Part shown: piece after piece, positions 16,165-21,164 of the stretch
Layout of the letters: every line of letters starts with the position of its first letter
How positions within the stretch are numbered: position 1 is the first letter of the stretch
DNA from: a bacterium
GTDB lineage: Bacteria > Babelota > Babeliae > Babelales > JABCYS01
Length of the DNA stretch: 21,164 bases
Direction of reading: 5' to 3'
Assembly (NCBI GenBank): GCA_027452085.1
Contig: DAIDHG010000013.1
Coordinates: forward strand, 1,538 to 22,701
Translations under genes and position numbers: made by a program
Notes under the pieces: generated by a model
Seen by the model: the letters and a program-made list of their open reading frames with translations, nothing else
Told to the model about the DNA's origin: nothing
The model's database searches: none

Positions 16165-17446
16165 TCAAGTTTTTTTTCTTCTATGTTTCATTTCTACGCC
16201 TCTGTTGAGCACAAGCACCAGTGGTCAAAGGAAAAAAGATTTTCAAGCTCGATTTAGAGCCGCCTATGCATCGCGCATGAAAGAACATGAAGAAAGAAAT
16301 AAAAATCTAGTTCCTGATGCCGGTGCGAGCTTAGACGACGAAATGACGCAGCTCCGTATGAAAATTCGGCAGATATACATGATACCGGATGAAGAGCCAA
16401 CCTATGCACCAGAAATTCTTGCCGGTGGCACAGCGGCCTTCCTCGGCGCCAATGGGTTAGCACAAGCAAATTCGGCACGCTTTATAATAGAAGCTGGTGT
16501 TGCACTAACAACAATTAAATTAGCTGCAGCCGTTGCTGCAAGCAGCTATATCATCTATAAAATCCGCCATTTTATGCGCGATGATGAAGGCGCCAAAAAA
16601 TTGAAGAAGGAATATAAGGAGGATATGACGGCTTGGAAACGCGAATTTAGTCATCAATTGGGTAAAATCCATGAAGAGCAAGAGAAATTTCATGCCGAAC
16701 AACGCCAAGATTTTAATGCTTTAAAAGTCGAGACCAAGGCGACTTATGAACGCCGCAAACAGAAAACCAAGGATATGCTTGCCACTGAATTTGCAAAGCA
16801 ACGAGAAATAATCGATAAAGGTTTAAATGCGGCCACAAAAAAAATCGACGAAAAAATAAAAGAAAAAAAAGATTTAAGTGCGAGCGAGAAGGCAACGTTG
16901 CAAAAAATGATTGATAAGCTGCAAGCTCAAATGATCAAGGATCGGGAACAGTTCAATGAACTTTTAGCCGAACAAAAAGAGTTGGGCAAAAAAGAAAAAG
17001 AGCAATTATTAAAGACCATAAGCGAGCTTGAAGGGATATTGGCAGAAGCCAAAGGGGTACGAGAGCTACAGGCTCGAGAAGTTGGGTCTTTGCATGAAGC
17101 GGTCAGCCTCATAGAAAGAGGCAGCTATAAAAAGTTTATGGCGGAACTAGACAAGGTCAAAAAAACCATGGAAGAGACCCCGAAAAGAACTTTTATGGAT
17201 AGACTTCGCGGTCGCCCTGGCCATAGTCGTGGCGTATCGCTCGGCGGCACAAGCTCAAGCCCAGATACTGCAGCTCGCTCTTCCAGCATGACTGAGGATG
17301 GCACCCCAGGTAGCGGACGGCCTATCCTAAGGCCTGGGGTAAAAAGGCTTTCCTTGGGCAACCTTGACCTTAAAGCCCTTGCTGAGCTTGCAAGAGAGAG
17401 CGCCCGCGCTGAGGGCGAAACCCAGGGCACTGGAAACGTTGGATAG
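16151..17446 (+). CDS. Exported hypothetical protein: signal peptide, bilobed hydrophobic region, long coiled coil, disordered S/R/G tail (431 aa)
   Basis: ATG 16151 follows AAGGA and overlaps the previous gene by 14 nt; MKMNNQVFFLLCFISTPLLST signal-like; roughly 200 aa of K/E/Q/L-rich helix. Confidence 0.75.
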   Translation: MKMNNQVFFLLCFISTPLLSTSTSGQRKKDFQARFRAAYASRMKEHEERNKNLVPDAGASLDDEMTQLRMKIRQIYMIPDEEPTYAPEILAGGTAAFLGANGLAQANSARFIIEAGVALTTIKLAAAVAASSYIIYKIRHFMRDDEGAKKLKKEYKEDMTAWKREFSHQLGKIHEEQEKFHAEQRQDFNALKVETKATYERRKQKTKDMLATEFAKQREIIDKGLNAATKKIDEKIKEKKDLSASEKATLQKMIDKLQAQMIKDREQFNELLAEQKELGKKEKEQLLKTISELEGILAEAKGVRELQAREVGSLHEAVSLIERGSYKKFMAELDKVKKTMEETPKRTFMDRLRGRPGHSRGVSLGGTSSSPDTAARSSSMTEDGTPGSGRPILRPGVKRLSLGNLDLKALAELARESARAEGETQGTGNVG

Positions 17447-17554
17447 GCTAAAACAATTTTCACATAGCAAATTAATGGACTTTTAACCTTTTGCTATCAT
17501 TATCAAATAGTGTAAATTGGGTTCTCCTTTGATAATCATACAAAGAGGGACACC

Positions 17555-18460
17555 ATGATAAACTACAAGAAAAACCTCTTAATCTTAGCCCTACTGGCTG
17601 GCACTGGCATCGGTTTTGCCATGTTTGCCCGCCCGCTTCATCGTAGATCGGCTGCCCCAGTAGCAGTCTTTGACTTAGGCGGCGTTCTTTTTGAGGTCAA
17701 CAATGGCAAGTTGATGAAGAAAAAGATCGGCATTGGCAAGATTATTTCCTATGTTTTAGGTTTTAACAACCCATTCAAACTACAAAAGAAAACATTCGAT
17801 ATTCTGTATCAAATGCGTGGCGAACAACGCCCCAAAAAGGGGCATATTCCAGATCCAATGCACCCACTTGCTCGTGGCCTTCCTATGCCGGAGATTATGA
17901 TAGAGTGGCAGTTAGGTCTGAAAACCCCTACAGAGTTATTGGATGAGGTGAATGAGTATGTTGCTCACCTTGCCCAAAACAAGCATTTTTCATCGGGCTT
18001 ACAGCGTCGCCTCGTGCATACCATCCTTACCCATATCTTTGATGCCAAAGAGCGTATTGCATTCACTGAACCGATTAAGGAAGGCTGGGATTTACTGCAT
18101 TGGTATAAGAAGAACGGTCATGAAATCTATATTCTTTCAAATATGGATCACGACACCATGGGGCTTCTACAAGAACATTACCCTGAATTGTTTGCACAAG
18201 TAAATGGCGTGGTATATTCAGCTGAAGTTAAAACCATGAAACCATGGCCTGATATATTCCAACATCTATTAGACAAATTCGGCTTACAAGCAGAGCAATG
18301 CACATTCTTCGATGACCAGCTCGAAAATATTAAGAGCGCGCAAAACCTAGGTTTTGGCACCGTTCATTGCAGCTCACCAAAAGCCATGAAGCAATGGTTT
18401 AAGCAGGTTAAGTCTGCAGAATCAGTAACCCTGCCAGCTGCTTCGCTGACCATAGCTTAA
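17555..18460 (+). CDS. HAD-superfamily hydrolase (YihX-like DLGGV variant) with N-terminal signal or anchor
   Basis: AVFDLGGVL (I), ILSN (II), KPWPDIF (III), FFDDQLENI (IV); N-terminus MINYKKNLLILALLAGTGIGFA. Confidence 0.88.
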   Translation: MINYKKNLLILALLAGTGIGFAMFARPLHRRSAAPVAVFDLGGVLFEVNNGKLMKKKIGIGKIISYVLGFNNPFKLQKKTFDILYQMRGEQRPKKGHIPDPMHPLARGLPMPEIMIEWQLGLKTPTELLDEVNEYVAHLAQNKHFSSGLQRRLVHTILTHIFDAKERIAFTEPIKEGWDLLHWYKKNGHEIYILSNMDHDTMGLLQEHYPELFAQVNGVVYSAEVKTMKPWPDIFQHLLDKFGLQAEQCTFFDDQLENIKSAQNLGFGTVHCSSPKAMKQWFKQVKSAESVTLPAASLTIA

Positions 18461-18486
18461 TACATTGCTCATTACCCGAAGAACAG

Positions 18487-18522
18487 TAAAAATCCCTCCG
18501 TAACTGGAGGGATTTTTATTTA
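18487..18522. terminator. Bidirectional intrinsic terminator
   Basis: TAAAAATCCCTCC (18487-18499) pairs with GGAGGGATTTTTA (18506-18518), between the convergent HAD and DUF1328 genes. Confidence 0.85.
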
Positions 18523-18549
18523 CTACGCCTGCTATTAACCGTACGAGGC

Positions 18550-18717
18550 TTATAGCCGACCAACTAATCCTGCCACGATGGCGATCAGGAACAAAATTAA
18601 GAATACATAGAAAAGGATCACCGCAATATCGGTAGCCGCAATAGCTATGCCGCCGAAACCAAAGACACCTGCAATAATAGCTAATATAAGAAAGGCTAAT
18701 GCCCAATTTAATAACAT
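18550..18717 (-). CDS. DUF1328 (UPF0391, YtjA-like) small membrane protein, 55 aa (absent from ORF track)
   Basis: [70 protein letters not shown] pattern; AAGGA SD upstream. Confidence 0.9.
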   Translation of the reverse strand: MLLNWALAFLILAIIAGVFGFGGIAIAATDIAVILFYVFLILFLIAIVAGLVGRL

Positions 18718-18729
18718 GCTTTTCCTTTT

Positions 18730-18936
18730 TTATTTACGAGAACGTGACGATGTTGAAGATGATTTTTTGCGCGGCACTTTTGCGCCGGCCTTACGAGCTT
18801 GGCTTAAGCCAATAGCAACTGCTTGCTTACGGCTGGTTACCTTTTTGCCTGAACGCCCGCTTTTGAGTTTTCCTTTTTTAAACTCTTTCATTACTTTTTC
18901 AACTTTTTCGCCTGCTTTCTTGCCATAGCGTGCCAT
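18730..18936 (-). CDS. DUF6496-like small highly basic protein, 68 aa
   Basis: KVEKVMKEFKKGKLKSG..KVTSRKQAVAIGLSQARKAGAKVP pattern; ATG 18936 follows GGGAG. Confidence 0.85.
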   Translation of the reverse strand: MARYGKKAGEKVEKVMKEFKKGKLKSGRSGKKVTSRKQAVAIGLSQARKAGAKVPRKKSSSTSSRSRK

Positions 18937-19141
18937 CAGCATCTCCCGGTTTACATTGGTTATTAAATTCACCGTAAGCGTAGTGCCGGTCACGAATCAA
19001 AAACAAGAGCCGGTTAAAAACATTGTCTTTTTGCCGCATCTTCAAGGAATATTATCAATGAAAATGATGCAATGGCCAACGAAGAGCTGTCTCAAATTCC
19101 ACATCCAGCGCAGCTTACTGAATGATAATTTTGATCTTAAC

Positions 19142-19181
19142 CAAAACAAATACCTCCAAGTTTTTGGAGGTATTTGTTTTG
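19142..19181. terminator. Perfect 18-bp inverted repeat, probable terminator after the Cys/His-rich gene
   Basis: CAAAACAAATACCTCCAA-gttt-TTGGAGGTATTTGTTTTG, 14 nt downstream of the stop at 19196. Confidence 0.7.
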
Positions 19182-19195
19182 CGTAAAAGCTTCTA

Positions 19196-19387
19196 CTATT
19201 CTTCCTCGCAAATGCATTCACACTCAGCGCCAGAATGTTTATGTATCGGATGACTGGTGCCATCCTTATGAATGCACATGCCATTTTTATGGACATGATG
19301 ATGCTCGTTACCAGCTTTATCCATACATGCGGTAGAACATTTTTCATTCATGCAACAGCATGCTGATTTATTAGAATTATTCGCCAT
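19196..19387 (-). CDS. Small Cys/His-rich protein, metallothionein-like (63 aa)
   Basis: 9 Cys and 8 His in 63 aa, no Phe/Trp/Tyr/Leu; AAGGA SD upstream and a hairpin just downstream. Confidence 0.72.
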   Translation of the reverse strand: MANNSNKSACCCMNEKCSTACMDKAGNEHHHVHKNGMCIHKDGTSHPIHKHSGAECECICEEE

Positions 19388-19541
19388 GAGAGATTCCTTT
19401 TTAAATAATTTTGATATTTACCTTTAAACCTCCTTTTTGTCATGCCATAGATCCTCCCTGTTTTTAATATCCAAATCTTCGGCATATTATTTCGCCCCGA
19501 TTAAAAATACAAGATAGGTAATCAAATCAATAAATAAACGA

Positions 19542-20729
19542 TTAAATTTTTTTGAGATGCCCAAGCACAATCGCAACCTCATCCGCTAAATTGTACATAC
19601 CAAAACTTATACGCACAGCTGCATTTAAGCCCAACTGGTTGGCCAATGGCTGTGCGCAGTTGTGGCCGGCGCGAACGCAGATCTTAAATTGATTCAAATA
19701 AGCAGCAACATCATGCGCATGCATGCCATCTACAATGAAGCTAACTAAACTGCCATTCTTTTTTAAATCATCGATTGGGCCAAGAATTTTTACTTTTGAA
19801 ATCTGTTGCAACCCTTCGATTAACTGGCCACACAATGCAATTTCATGTTTTTTTAATAGTTCACGATCAAGGGTATGTAAAAAATCAATTGTAGCACCAA
19901 GGCCAATCACTTCGGTCATCGCCGGGGTGCCAGCTTCAAACTTGCGGGGAGCTGGCAGCCAGGTGGCATCATGATAGCCGGCTGAATAGACCATGCCCCC
20001 GCCATACTGATATGGCTCAACTTCATCATGAAGTGATTCTTTTATAAACAAGACCCCAATGCCACTCGGCCCATACATTTTATGGCCTGAAAAAGCGAGA
20101 AAGTCGCAATCCAGATCTTTCACATCGATGTGCATATGCACCACCGATTGTGCGGCGTCAACCAAAATTTTGGCGCCAATCTCATGAGCCATTGCACCAA
20201 TTTTTTTCACATCAATCTGCGTGCCAAGCACGTTTGAAGTATGCGCAATGGCAATCAGTTTTACTTTGCTATCAATACATTGGGCGGCATGAACCATATC
20301 GAGGTTGCCATCTGTCTGCAAACGAATAACTCGTAGCTCTGCTCCCGTTTCCTTGCAGATTACTTGCCATGGTAAAAGGTTACTGTGATGCTCAAGGGCA
20401 GAGATAACTATTACATCACCCTTCTTTAACGTTTTTGCGGCCCAGGCTCGCGCAATAAAGTTTATACCTTCGGTGGTGCCGCGAGTAAAAATGATTTCAT
20501 TGTTTTTGGCATTTAAAAACTGAGCAATCTTTGCTCGTGACTCATCAAATTTTGTGGTAGCCCGTTCGGCCAAATCGTAGATTGCTCGGTGCACGTTGGC
20601 ATAGTCATTGAGATAAAATTGTTGCATAGAGTCAAGTACTTGTTGAGGTTTTTGCGCTGAAGCTGCGGTATCAAGATAAATAAGATCTGGGTTGTGATTA
20701 AAGAATGGGAATTGTTTCTTAATATTCAT
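19542..20729 (-). CDS. sufS: Cysteine desulfurase SufS (group II)
   Basis: YLDTAASAQKP, EHHSN, DAAQS, FSGHKMYGPSG (PLP Lys), FEAGTP, VRAGHNCAQP (catalytic Cys). Confidence 0.96.
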   Translation of the reverse strand: MNIKKQFPFFNHNPDLIYLDTAASAQKPQQVLDSMQQFYLNDYANVHRAIYDLAERATTKFDESRAKIAQFLNAKNNEIIFTRGTTEGINFIARAWAAKTLKKGDVIVISALEHHSNLLPWQVICKETGAELRVIRLQTDGNLDMVHAAQCIDSKVKLIAIAHTSNVLGTQIDVKKIGAMAHEIGAKILVDAAQSVVHMHIDVKDLDCDFLAFSGHKMYGPSGIGVLFIKESLHDEVEPYQYGGGMVYSAGYHDATWLPAPRKFEAGTPAMTEVIGLGATIDFLHTLDRELLKKHEIALCGQLIEGLQQISKVKILGPIDDLKKNGSLVSFIVDGMHAHDVAAYLNQFKICVRAGHNCAQPLANQLGLNAAVRISFGMYNLADEVAIVLGHLKKI

Positions 20730-20740
20730 ACTATAGAAAT

Positions 20741-21164
20741 TTATCTCATAAATGCATCAATGAGCAACTGTTTTGCGTGAATATCGTACATTCCGCGAGA
20801 CTGCAAATAAAATAATGCTCCTGCATCGAGCTTGCCGACTGCGCTGCCGTGTTTGCATTGCACATTATTATTATGAATCTCTAAATTGGGGCTTGAACGC
20901 ACCGTGGCTTGATCACCAAGCAACAAATTTTTATTGAACTGTGATGCCGTTGCCTGTTGCGCCTCTTGAGAGAGAATGATGGTGCCGTAGTAAAGCACGT
21001 GGGCGGCATCATGCGCCAACCCTTTAATAAGTACCGAACTTTTGGTTTCCGGCGCTGTGTGTTTTTGCACGATGGTCAGCGATAATTTCTGCTCGCCCGC
21101 AACCGAATATATACCACGCAGCTCTATCTCGCTCCTTGGCTCGGCCAATTTAAGTCGAATAACG
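20741..21164 (-). CDS. sufD: Fe-S cluster assembly protein SufD, C-terminal part (5' partial)
   Basis: The frame is open to the window edge (VIRLKLAEP..); NKNLLL, PNLEI..VQCKHGSAVG and LFYLQSRG motifs; directly upstream of sufS. Confidence 0.9.
   Translation of the reverse strand, partial: VIRLKLAEPRSEIELRGIYSVAGEQKLSLTIVQKHTAPETKSSVLIKGLAHDAAHVLYYGTIILSQEAQQATASQFNKNLLLGDQATVRSSPNLEIHNNNVQCKHGSAVGKLDAGALFYLQSRGMYDIHAKQLLIDAFMR

Noticed and set aside
14477..18460. NurA plus coiled-coil and HAD genes as an anti-phage or SMC-like system
   Set aside because: No Walker A/B ATPase motif in the coiled-coil proteins, which carry signal peptides and are transcribed away from nurA.
18422..19347. ORFs 18422-18706, 18647-18928, 18956-19186 and 19042-19347
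   Set aside because: They cross terminators or are alternative or antisense frames of better-supported small genes.
1..21164. CRISPR array, prophage or integron
   Set aside because: No repeat-spacer periodicity, cas, integrase or phage structural genes were recognised. The remaining short ORFs in the track lie within or antisense to established genes.

Overview
Bacterial chromosomal window, mostly housekeeping genes with a small accessory segment at about 13-19.5 kb. The many signal-peptide hypothetical proteins and the gene style suggest a host-associated lineage such as Candidatus Dependentiae (TM6/Babeliae); this is inference only. Order: 3' end of dnaA; a secreted protein with kinase-like motifs; three exported hydrolases (Amidase_3, C39-like peptidase, NlpC/P60); pssA-psd; two tRNA-Arg genes (CCT and TCG); tlyA; a Deg/HtrA protease; glyQS; a YqaA/DedA protein; kup; a truncated esterase pseudogene; a complete 843-bp IS5-family element; a NurA nuclease with no adjacent herA; two exported TM/coiled-coil proteins; a signal-bearing HAD hydrolase; three small proteins (DUF1328, DUF6496-like, Cys/His-rich metallothionein-like); sufS; and the 3' part of sufD. 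No CRISPR array or recognisable defence system was seen. Best leads: the metallothionein-like protein downstream of suf, the exported kinase-like protein with a structured RNA upstream, and the Inc-like coiled-coil pair carrying an HxRxxS motif.
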